Sequence record: PQ898602.1
Length of the DNA: 64,000 nt
Direction: 5' to 3' (one strand)
The notes below the pieces were generated by a model that worked only from the letters and a program-made list of their open reading frames with translations, did no database searches and was not told the DNA's origin. This document shows, in pieces, positions 57,119-64,000 of the stretch (the first letter of the stretch is position 1; each line of letters starts with the position of its first letter). The position numbers and the translations under genes were made by a program.

Positions 57119-57658
57119 ATGATTGATCCGTTTTATAAGCAAGTTGCCAATAGAAACTTCCTAGCAACAACTGGGTTTAAGTTTACATTGGCACGAGCAC
57201 CGAAAGCCGACTTTTTCTCCAATCAGGTAAACATTCCTGGATTTAGTCTTGGGGTTGCGATTCAACCAACGTACCTCAAGAATATTCCTGTACCTGGAGA
57301 TAAGTTGGAGTTCAATGACTTCACAATGAGATTCATGATTGATGAAGATCTTGTCAATTACAATGTAATTTCAAACTGGATGAGAGGTCTTGGTTATCCA
57401 GAGAACGTCAAAGAATACTCGGATTGGATTTACGACGATCATAGAGGCAACATCAACAACGATCCAAACATCTCAGATGGATCACTAATTGTCTATAATA
57501 GTAACTTCCAACCAACTCTAACTTGCAAATTCCAAGGAATGTTCCCAACTTCCTTATCTGATATTGAATTTGATGCAAGTGCTACCGATGAAGCGTATGC
57601 GACTGCATCTGTAACTTTTAAGTATGTAATTTATGACCTCCTTGAATATGAATCTTGA
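57119..57658 (+). CDS. g3: Tail tube terminator/completion protein gp3
   Basis: 179 aa. NRNFLATTGFKF, VNIPGFSLG, PGDKLEFNDFTMRFMIDEDLVNY..I.NWMRGLG and FPTSLS.IEFD. Confidence 0.92.
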   Translation: MIDPFYKQVANRNFLATTGFKFTLARAPKADFFSNQVNIPGFSLGVAIQPTYLKNIPVPGDKLEFNDFTMRFMIDEDLVNYNVISNWMRGLGYPENVKEYSDWIYDDHRGNINNDPNISDGSLIVYNSNFQPTLTCKFQGMFPTSLSDIEFDASATDEAYATASVTFKYVIYDLLEYES

Positions 57659-58076
57659 TGAAATTCAAAAACTATGGGAAGAAGACTCAAAAATAGATGA
57701 AGACAATCTCCACACAGAATCCACAAAGATTCCAAGTCTTCATGCAAAATATTATCGTCTCTTCAATACTATCCTGACTCTGAAGAAAGCTCAGGAAAAT
57801 AAGTACAAGATTTTAAGAAAAGAAAAGTGGCAATATTACACAGGGAAAGCAGAACCCGATGTGTATATTGAAAAACCCTTTGATCATAAGGTTCTAAAGA
57901 ATGACCTAGACAAATATCTTGATGCAGATGAAGATCTGATCAGGTGTCAGACCAAGATGGAATATTATCAGATGATGTTGAACTATCTGGACAGCATCAT
58001 CAAAACTATCTTAAATAGAACATACCAGTTGAAAAATGCCATTGAATGGCAGAAATTTATTAGAGGATATGACTGA
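57648..58076 (+). CDS. uvsY: Recombination mediator UvsY
   Basis: Likely start is MNLDEIQ at 57648. WEEDSKID.DNLH.ES.KIP.LHAKY and RTYQLKNAIEWQKF motifs. Confidence 0.92.
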   Translation: MNLDEIQKLWEEDSKIDEDNLHTESTKIPSLHAKYYRLFNTILTLKKAQENKYKILRKEKWQYYTGKAEPDVYIEKPFDHKVLKNDLDKYLDADEDLIRCQTKMEYYQMMLNYLDSIIKTILNRTYQLKNAIEWQKFIRGYD

Positions 58077-59532
58077 TATTGTAATTGCAAAGAAGAACGA
58101 AGTATTTCTGAAACTGAAGGCAGAACCTCATATTTTTCAGGAATTATCTGAACACTTTACTTTTGATGTACCAGGGGCAAAGTTTATGCCTCAGTACAGA
58201 AGTAAGTATTGGGATGGAAAAATTAGATTGTTCTCTACTCACACGGGAGAAATCTATGTCGGTCTTCTCGACAAGGTAGTTTCTTGGGCAAAAAGATACG
58301 ATTACAATATTGAGTTTGAAAATAATAAGTTCTACGGAACTCCTTTAGAAGAGAATGAAATGATTTCTCGTGAAGGGGTCAAAGACTATATGACCAGAAT
58401 CTCAAAACACAAACCAAGAGATTATCAGGTCGATGCAGTATATGATGCACTTAGATATAATCGCAAGTTGTTAATCTCTCCAACTGCGTCAGGTAAGTCA
58501 TTGATGATTTACTCTGTTGTTAGATATTTTGCAGAAAGAAATCAAAAGACTCTTCTAGTTGTTCCTACAACGTCTTTGGTTGAACAGATGTTCAAGGACT
58601 TCCAAGACTATGGATGGAATGCAGAGGATTACTGCCACCGCATCTACAGCGGTCGTGAAAAGACGAATGAGTTCCCTGTAGTGATTACCACCTGGCAGTC
58701 CATCTATAAACTGCCTAGAGGATTCTACGATGCATTCGATGTAGTCATTGGTGATGAAGCACACCAGTTCAAATCAAAGTCTCTGGTCAATATCATGACC
58801 AAACTTGCAGATGCAAAATATCGTTTTGGTTTCACAGGAACTCTCGATGGAACACAAACACATAAATGGGTTCTGGAAGGATTGTTTGGTCCATCTTATA
58901 AAGTTACGCAGACAAAAGAACTCATTGATAAAGGTCATCTATCCAAATTACAAATCAAGATTATTATCTTAAAACACAATCCTCAAGAGTTTGAAGCTTT
59001 TGAAGATGAAGTTCAATTCATCATTCAACATCAAAAACGGAATAACTTTATCAAGAATCTTGCATTAGATCTGAAGGGTAATACTCTTGTCCTTTTCCAA
59101 AGAGTAGAAACTCATGGACAACCTTTATATGAATCGATAAATAGTTCTGTGAAGGATGGAAGAAAAGTATTTTACGTTCATGGAGGAGTGGACGCAGAAG
59201 AAAGGGAATATATCAGAGCAATCACAGAAAAGGAAAACAATGCAATCATTGTTGCATCTTACGGAACATTTTCCACAGGTATCAATATCAAGAACCTTCA
59301 TAATGTGATCTTTGCTTCTCCATCCAAATCTAGAATTAGAAATCTGCAGAGTATTGGTAGAGTTCTCAGGAAGGGAGACAACAAGACACAAGCAGTTTTG
59401 TATGACATTGCTGATGATTGTACAAAAAATTCAAGAAAGAACTACACACTAAATCATTTGATTGAAAGAGTTAAGATCTATAATGAAGAGAACTTTAACT
59501 ATGAATTCATTCAAGTAAACCTCAAAGAATAA
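58069..59532 (+). CDS. uvsW: SF2 DNA/RNA helicase UvsW
   Basis: Likely start is at 58069 after an AGAGGA Shine-Dalgarno. WDGKIRLF, SPTASGKS, VIGDEAH, GFTGTL, ASYGTFSTGINI and LQSIGRVLR motifs. Confidence 0.97.
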   Translation: MTDIVIAKKNEVFLKLKAEPHIFQELSEHFTFDVPGAKFMPQYRSKYWDGKIRLFSTHTGEIYVGLLDKVVSWAKRYDYNIEFENNKFYGTPLEENEMISREGVKDYMTRISKHKPRDYQVDAVYDALRYNRKLLISPTASGKSLMIYSVVRYFAERNQKTLLVVPTTSLVEQMFKDFQDYGWNAEDYCHRIYSGREKTNEFPVVITTWQSIYKLPRGFYDAFDVVIGDEAHQFKSKSLVNIMTKLADAKYRFGFTGTLDGTQTHKWVLEGLFGPSYKVTQTKELIDKGHLSKLQIKIIILKHNPQEFEAFEDEVQFIIQHQKRNNFIKNLALDLKGNTLVLFQRVETHGQPLYESINSSVKDGRKVFYVHGGVDAEEREYIRAITEKENNAIIVASYGTFSTGINIKNLHNVIFASPSKSRIRNLQSIGRVLRKGDNKTQAVLYDIADDCTKNSRKNYTLNHLIERVKIYNEENFNYEFIQVNLKE

Positions 59533-59535
59533 CTT

Positions 59536-59949
59536 ATGGAAGAAGACTTCTATGCAGTAGTAAAATTAATATCTGGTGAAGAGATCTTTGCAATTGTCTG
59601 TCCTACATTTGAGGATGAAAGACAAATGTTGATTCTTAATAATCCAGTGACCATTGAAATTATTGCAATGAAAAATATCGGAATGCAAGGTTATAAAATT
59701 GATCCTTGGTTACGATTTGCTGATGATGATACATTTCTACTGAGCATGGATAGAGTAATTACTATCAGTGAAGTCAGAGATGATGAAACGATTGAGATGT
59801 ATCACAAATTTATAAGACAACAAGAACAGAGAAATAGTGCTCCTCAACTCAAGAGTCAGCAAGGTTACGTAAATTCAGTAACCGATGCAAGAAAAATGTT
59901 TGAGAAACTCTATAACTCTAAAGAAGAAGAATCTAAAGATAATAGCTGA
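59536..59949 (+). CDS. Cyanophage Sm-like fold protein (putative RNA binding)
   Basis: 137 aa. VVKLISGEEI...DPWLRFADDDTFLLSMDRVITISE matches the KL..GE.I / PW......VIT pattern of phage Sm-like proteins. Confidence 0.65.
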   Translation: MEEDFYAVVKLISGEEIFAIVCPTFEDERQMLILNNPVTIEIIAMKNIGMQGYKIDPWLRFADDDTFLLSMDRVITISEVRDDETIEMYHKFIRQQEQRNSAPQLKSQQGYVNSVTDARKMFEKLYNSKEEESKDNS

Positions 59950-59970
59950 TCTTTGAAACTCCACAGAGTA

Positions 59971-59999
59971 ATTGTATCGATTATCAGAGGTGTTGTCAA
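59971..59999 (-). promoter_or_regulatory. Antisense sigma70-type promoter TTGACA-N17-TACAAT
   Basis: Reverse complement of 59994-59999 is TTGACA and of 59971-59976 is TACAAT, with a 17-nt spacer. Confidence 0.65.
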
Positions 60000-60021
60000 G
60001 TCTTTCGGATAATGTTATAAT
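59993..60021 (+). promoter_or_regulatory. Sigma70-type promoter for g55: TTGTCA-N17-TATAAT with extended TG
   Basis: TTGTCA at 59993-59998 and TG-T-TATAAT at 60013-60021. AAGGA Shine-Dalgarno-like sequence before the g55 ATG. Confidence 0.8.
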
Positions 60022-60056
60022 TTGAACAACTTAGTATAAAAAGGACTCATGGAACC

Positions 60057-60530
60057 ATGCAAAAACGTAAAAGATCCGAACATTATGTAAACAACAAAGA
60101 GTTTCTTGCAGCAATCATTGCTTACAAAGATAGTGTTGCTCTTGCTGAAACCAGAGGTGAACCAAAACCACGTATTACCAATTACCTTGGTGAGTGTTTC
60201 TTGAAGATCGCTACTCATCTTTCTTACAAACCAAACTTTGTCAATTATATGTTCCGTGAGGACATGATCTGTGATGGAATCGAAAATTGCGTTCAGTACA
60301 TTCATAATTTTAATCCTGAGAAATCCTCGAATCCTTTTGCTTACTTTACGCAGATCATTCATTATGCATTTCTCCGTAGAATCCAGAAGGAGAAAAAACA
60401 AATGGAGATCCGTACCAAAATCATTGAGAGGTCTGGTTACGACGAAGTGTTCACCGTAGATGGTGACAGTTACAATTCTGCAGAGTATAATTCCATTAAA
60501 GACGCTATTCAGACAAAGATGTATCAATGA
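60057..60530 (+). CDS. g55: Late transcription sigma factor gp55
   Basis: 157 aa. HYVNNKEFL, YLGECFLKIATHLSYKPNFVNY, EDMICDGIENC.QY..NFNPEKS.NPFAYFTQI..YAFLRRIQKEK. Confidence 0.97.
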   Translation: MQKRKRSEHYVNNKEFLAAIIAYKDSVALAETRGEPKPRITNYLGECFLKIATHLSYKPNFVNYMFREDMICDGIENCVQYIHNFNPEKSSNPFAYFTQIIHYAFLRRIQKEKKQMEIRTKIIERSGYDEVFTVDGDSYNSAEYNSIKDAIQTKMYQ

Positions 60531-61573
60531 GTTCTATTGCACTGATTACTGACACCCATTACGGAGGACGTAAGGGTAGTAAAACCTTTCATGATTATTT
60601 TAAAAGATTCTACGAAGACATCTTTTTCCCAGAACTAGAGAAACGGAAGATCAAGGATGTAATTCACCTCGGTGATGCATTTGATAGTCGGAAGTCTATT
60701 GACTTCTGGTGTCTTGATTGGGCAAAGGAAAATGTCTATGACAGGTTCCGAGATCTGGGTATCAAGGTTCACCAGATTGTCGGTAATCATGATGCATATT
60801 ATAAGAACACTAACGATGTCAACTCCATCGAGTCCCTTTTAAGAGAGTATGACAATATCGTTCCTATTTCTGGACCAGGTGAATATAATGTTGGTGGATG
60901 CAAAACCTTCTTGATTCCTTGGATCTCTGCAGAGAATCGTGAAGAGACTCTTGAGAAGATGTCTAAAACCAAAGCAAAAGTCGCATTTGGTCATCTAGAA
61001 CTCAAAGGATTTGCAGTATATCCTGGTAATGTTCAACATCATGGTATGGAGACTGATGTCTTCGATAAGTTCAACGCAGTTTATTCTGGTCACTATCACA
61101 CCAGATCAAACGATGGAAAGATCTTCTACATCGGTAATCCGTACCAACTCTTTTGGAATGATTGCAATGACAAGAGAGGATTTAGTTTCTTCGATACAGA
61201 AACGTTTGAACTTGAGTTTGTTCAGAATCCATACACTATCTTTGAGAAAGTATATTACGAAGATACTAACTACAAACTTTACAACACAACAGATCTAAAA
61301 GATAAGATTGTAAAACTTATCGTTCGCAAAAAGTCAGATCAACTTCAGTTTGAGAAGTTTGTTGATAAGGTTTACAAGTCTGGTGTTCATGATTTAAAGA
61401 TCGTTGAAAACCTTGATGTCTATGACGAAGAAGTCGAACTAGACTCTGAAAAGGTAGAAGACACTATCACCATTTTAAATAAATATGTTCAAGACTCTGA
61501 TTTTGAACTGGACAAAGAGAAAGTCAAATCACTATTAAGAGAGGTTTACCAGGAAGCTTGCGAGGTAGAGTAA
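60527..61573 (+). CDS. g47: Recombination endonuclease subunit gp47 (SbcD/Mre11-like)
   Basis: 348 aa. ITDTHYG, HLGDAFD, VGNHD, FGHLE and SGHYH phosphoesterase motifs. Confidence 0.97.
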   Translation: MSSIALITDTHYGGRKGSKTFHDYFKRFYEDIFFPELEKRKIKDVIHLGDAFDSRKSIDFWCLDWAKENVYDRFRDLGIKVHQIVGNHDAYYKNTNDVNSIESLLREYDNIVPISGPGEYNVGGCKTFLIPWISAENREETLEKMSKTKAKVAFGHLELKGFAVYPGNVQHHGMETDVFDKFNAVYSGHYHTRSNDGKIFYIGNPYQLFWNDCNDKRGFSFFDTETFELEFVQNPYTIFEKVYYEDTNYKLYNTTDLKDKIVKLIVRKKSDQLQFEKFVDKVYKSGVHDLKIVENLDVYDEEVELDSEKVEDTITILNKYVQDSDFELDKEKVKSLLREVYQEACEVE

Positions 61574-61837
61574 ATGTTCATGCTAACTGCAATTGAAGAG
61601 GATGGTGCATATGCAGTAGTCGAAGAAGACGGCGAAAAGACTCTATACTTTTTTCAAGATCAAGACGATGCTTTCAGATATGCTCTACTTCTAGAAGCAG
61701 ATGGACACCCAGAGATGGAAGTTGCAGAAATAGATCCTGCACTTGCAATTAAGACATGTCATGAGTATAATTATAACTATACAATAATTACTCCTGAGGA
61801 GTTCGTTATACCACCTAGACCTGATGATAGTTTTTGA
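61574..61837 (+). CDS. Small acidic hypothetical protein between g47 and g46
   Basis: 87 aa, GAYAV...GEKTLYFFQDQDDAFRYA.LLEA. Abuts both neighbours. Confidence 0.75.
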   Translation: MFMLTAIEEDGAYAVVEEDGEKTLYFFQDQDDAFRYALLLEADGHPEMEVAEIDPALAIKTCHEYNYNYTIITPEEFVIPPRPDDSF

Positions 61838-63539
61838 TAGGATTCGTTGGAAGAACTTCCTGAGTACGGGAAATAACTTCACCGAAGTGAATTTTCAAGA
61901 TGCACAAACAAATCTAATCCTCGGAACGAATGGTTCTGGTAAGAGTACGATTCTTGATGCTCTTACCTTTTCTTTGTATAATAAACCATTCAGGAAGATC
62001 AATAAACCCCAACTAGTCAACTCTGTGAACGAGAAGGAGTGTCTAGTTGAGGTTGAGTTTTCTATTGGATCTAGAGAATATAAAGTAATTCGTGGTATCA
62101 GACCAAATATTTTTGAGATCTGGGTCGATGGTAAGGTTCAGGATCAAGATGCTGCAGCCGCAGATCAACAGAAAAAACTCGAAGAGAGTATCCTGAAACT
62201 TAATTACAAGTCTTTTACTCAAACTGTCATTCTGGGCTCTGCAACGTTTGTTCCCTTCATGCAGTTGACATCTTCAAACCGCAGGGACATTGTTGAAGAT
62301 CTGTTGGATATTAAGATCTTTTCCACCATGAGTTCTATCCTGAAAGACAGGATGCGTAGAACTAATGAACTCATTAGGGAGTTTTCGATCAAGAAAGATA
62401 TGATCGAAGACAAGATTGAGATGCAAGAGAACTTTATCAAAGATATTGAGAAGAGTGGTAGAGAACGCATCCAGAAAAAAGAATCAAATATTGAATCTCT
62501 TGATGGTGAAATTGTAACTATTACCAAAGAGAATGAGTCTCTTATGACTCGTATTGATACAGAACTCAAACCCAAGTTAGAGAATCTTAACAACTCTAAG
62601 AAAACTCTTAAGAAACTGAACACAATTAAAGCGAAACTGGAACAGAAGATACAAAATTTAGTATCAGAACACCAGTTTTTCCAAGAGAATTCGGTTTGCC
62701 CTACCTGTACCCAGTCTATTGAGGAGCAGTTTCGCCTAGATAAAATTGTAGACATCGAGAAGAACTCAAAAGAACTCAATGACGGATACAAAGAACTTGA
62801 GGATGCGATCAATGTAGAACAAGAAAAGGACCAAAAGTTTTTAACTTATTCTACGGAGATAAACAGACTCAACAATGACATTTCTACAAACAATGTTAAG
62901 GTCACTGGTCTTAATAGACAAATCAGAACTCTCAGAAATGAAGTTCAAGAAATTACCAACCAAATACAGAACAGAAATTCTGAAAAGTGTGTACTTGAAG
63001 GTTTAGTCAAAGATCTTAGCAAAACTGAAGAAAGTTCAGCACAAGAACGAGAACAATCTACTTATTATGAGTTCGCTCATTCACTCATGAAGGATGGTGG
63101 AGTAAAGTCTAAAATCATCAAAAAGTATCTGCCTGTTATGAACCAGCAGATAAACAAGTATCTACAGATGATGGACTTTTACATCAACTTCACGTTGGAT
63201 GAAGAGTTTAAGGAGGTTATCAAATCACCAGTCCATGAGGACTTTAGTTATGAATCGTTCAGTGAAGGTGAGAAGATGCGTATTGACCTGGCGCTACTAT
63301 TCACTTGGCGGGATATTGCCAAGATGCGAAATTCAGCCAGTACAAATCTTCTCATCCTGGACGAGATCTTCGATAGTTCACTAGACGATGCAGGAACTGA
63401 GTTCTTCACCAAGATTATCAGATATGTGATTCAAGATGCCCACGTATTCGTAATCTCACACAAGACTGACGGAATCATTGATCAGTTCGATAAAGTCATG
63501 AGGTTCGATAAAGTCAAAGGGTTTAGTAAACTACTATAG
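61824..63539 (+). CDS. g46: Recombination ATPase subunit gp46 (SbcC/Rad50-like)
   Basis: 571 aa. WKNFLSTGN, GTNGSGKST Walker A, CPTCTQ zinc hook, FSEGEKMRIDLAL signature, LILDEIFDSSLD and VISH. Confidence 0.98.
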   Translation: MIVFDRIRWKNFLSTGNNFTEVNFQDAQTNLILGTNGSGKSTILDALTFSLYNKPFRKINKPQLVNSVNEKECLVEVEFSIGSREYKVIRGIRPNIFEIWVDGKVQDQDAAAADQQKKLEESILKLNYKSFTQTVILGSATFVPFMQLTSSNRRDIVEDLLDIKIFSTMSSILKDRMRRTNELIREFSIKKDMIEDKIEMQENFIKDIEKSGRERIQKKESNIESLDGEIVTITKENESLMTRIDTELKPKLENLNNSKKTLKKLNTIKAKLEQKIQNLVSEHQFFQENSVCPTCTQSIEEQFRLDKIVDIEKNSKELNDGYKELEDAINVEQEKDQKFLTYSTEINRLNNDISTNNVKVTGLNRQIRTLRNEVQEITNQIQNRNSEKCVLEGLVKDLSKTEESSAQEREQSTYYEFAHSLMKDGGVKSKIIKKYLPVMNQQINKYLQMMDFYINFTLDEEFKEVIKSPVHEDFSYESFSEGEKMRIDLALLFTWRDIAKMRNSASTNLLILDEIFDSSLDDAGTEFFTKIIRYVIQDAHVFVISHKTDGIIDQFDKVMRFDKVKGFSKLL

Positions 63540-63549
63540 ACACCTCAAG

Positions 63550-63594
63550 AAGTGTCACATAACCTCTGGGAGACCAGGGGTTTTGTCGTATATT
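63550..63594 (+). promoter_or_regulatory. Cyanomyovirus early-type promoter (AAGTGTCACA box, palindrome, TATATT -10); the hairpin may also terminate g46
   Basis: AAGTGTCACA at 63550-63559. AACCTCTGG-GAGA-CCAGGGGTT 9-bp stem at 63561-63582. TATATT at 63589-63594. Confidence 0.65.
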
Positions 63595-63616
63595 GGATTC
63601 ATACGAAAGGAAGTCC

Positions 63617-64000
63617 ATGCCCGTCAACAAAGAAATCAAAGGAAACCTTGCTCGTCTTCTTGCAACCGAAGATCTGGTTGTGGAACACAAGAACGTTGCA
63701 ACTGCATCCTTCAATGTTGACACTCGCGTCTTGATCCTCCCTCAGTGGGACAGGGCTTCCAATGAAGTCTATGACATGTTGGTGGGTCACGAAGTTGGTC
63801 ATGCACTCTACACTCCGAATCAAGATATTCCCAAATCCATTCCCCACCAGTTTGTGAACGTGGTTGAGGATGCTCGTATCGAGAAACTAATGAAACGTCG
63901 GTACGGAGGTTTGAACAAAACTTTCTTCCGTGGATACACCGAACTACATGAAGAAGATTTCTTCCAAGTAAAAGACGACGATATCTCTACTTTCAATCTT
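63617..64000 (+). CDS. HExxH metallopeptidase / CobT-like protein, 3'-truncated, not in the ORF track
   Basis: Manual translation: MPVNKEIKGNLARLLATEDLVVEH...TASFNVDTRVLILPQW...YDMLVGHEVGHALYTP...NVVEDARIEKLMKRRY. GAAAGGAAG Shine-Dalgarno upstream. Open to the window end. Confidence 0.88.
   Translation, partial: MPVNKEIKGNLARLLATEDLVVEHKNVATASFNVDTRVLILPQWDRASNEVYDMLVGHEVGHALYTPNQDIPKSIPHQFVNVVEDARIEKLMKRRYGGLNKTFFRGYTELHEEDFFQVKDDDISTFNL

Noticed and set aside
60015-60527. 170-aa antisense ORF over g55 and 197-aa antisense ORF over g46 (62219-62812)
   Set aside because: They fully overlap well-conserved genes, have no recognisable features and look like shadow ORFs.
61479-61485. ATAAATA inside g47
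   Set aside because: It lies in an AT-rich coding stretch within an early/middle replication operon and is likely chance.
46110-63539. Inteins or introns in g17, g20, uvsW, g46 or g47
   Set aside because: Lengths are typical and the motifs run contiguously. No Hint or LAGLIDADG motifs seen.
1-64000. tRNA, rRNA, CRISPR array, HIP1 (GCGATCGC) enrichment
   Set aside because: Intergenic gaps are mostly under 130 nt and are accounted for by promoters and terminators. No cloverleaf, spacer-repeat array or HIP1 octamer was noticed on manual reading (not an exhaustive scan).

Overview
A 64 kb, roughly 39-40% GC segment of a T4-like cyanomyovirus (Kyanoviridae-type, probably infecting Synechococcus; this is inferred from gene order and protein families). 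Every credible gene is on the + strand. The order is: giant 5'-truncated gp7-like baseplate wedge protein (open from base 1, at least 4546 aa), gp8, a 2505-aa VrlC/DUF4815-type structural protein, four small or medium structural ORFs, a 1369-aa protein with an FG-GAP beta-propeller, and a 3403-aa tail fibre (Mtd_N-like N-terminus, S74 chaperone C-terminus). These are followed by g13-g16, a 724-aa modular protein, g17-g23, g3, uvsY, uvsW, an Sm-like protein, g55, g47, g46 and the start of an HExxH peptidase/CobT-like gene. The supplied ORF track misses three ORFs: a 55-aa NblA-like ORF (45658-45825), a 52-aa ORF after g23 (56957-57115) and the final peptidase (63617 onward). The most notable observations are: (1) the NblA-like ORF in the packaging operon; (2) back-to-back sigma70 promoters sharing one TTGTCAA core, one of which fires antisense into uvsW/uvsY; (3) a candidate capsid-targeted polyprotein with [ILV]-x-E prohead-protease sites between basic modules; (4) late promoters placed inside RNA hairpins (g13, g18, g20); (5) a ~500-aa helical module inserted in both gp7 and the tail fibre; and (6) a G-[IV]-[GS]-T tetrapeptide spread across many virion proteins. 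No tRNA, rRNA, CRISPR array, integrase or intein was recognised.
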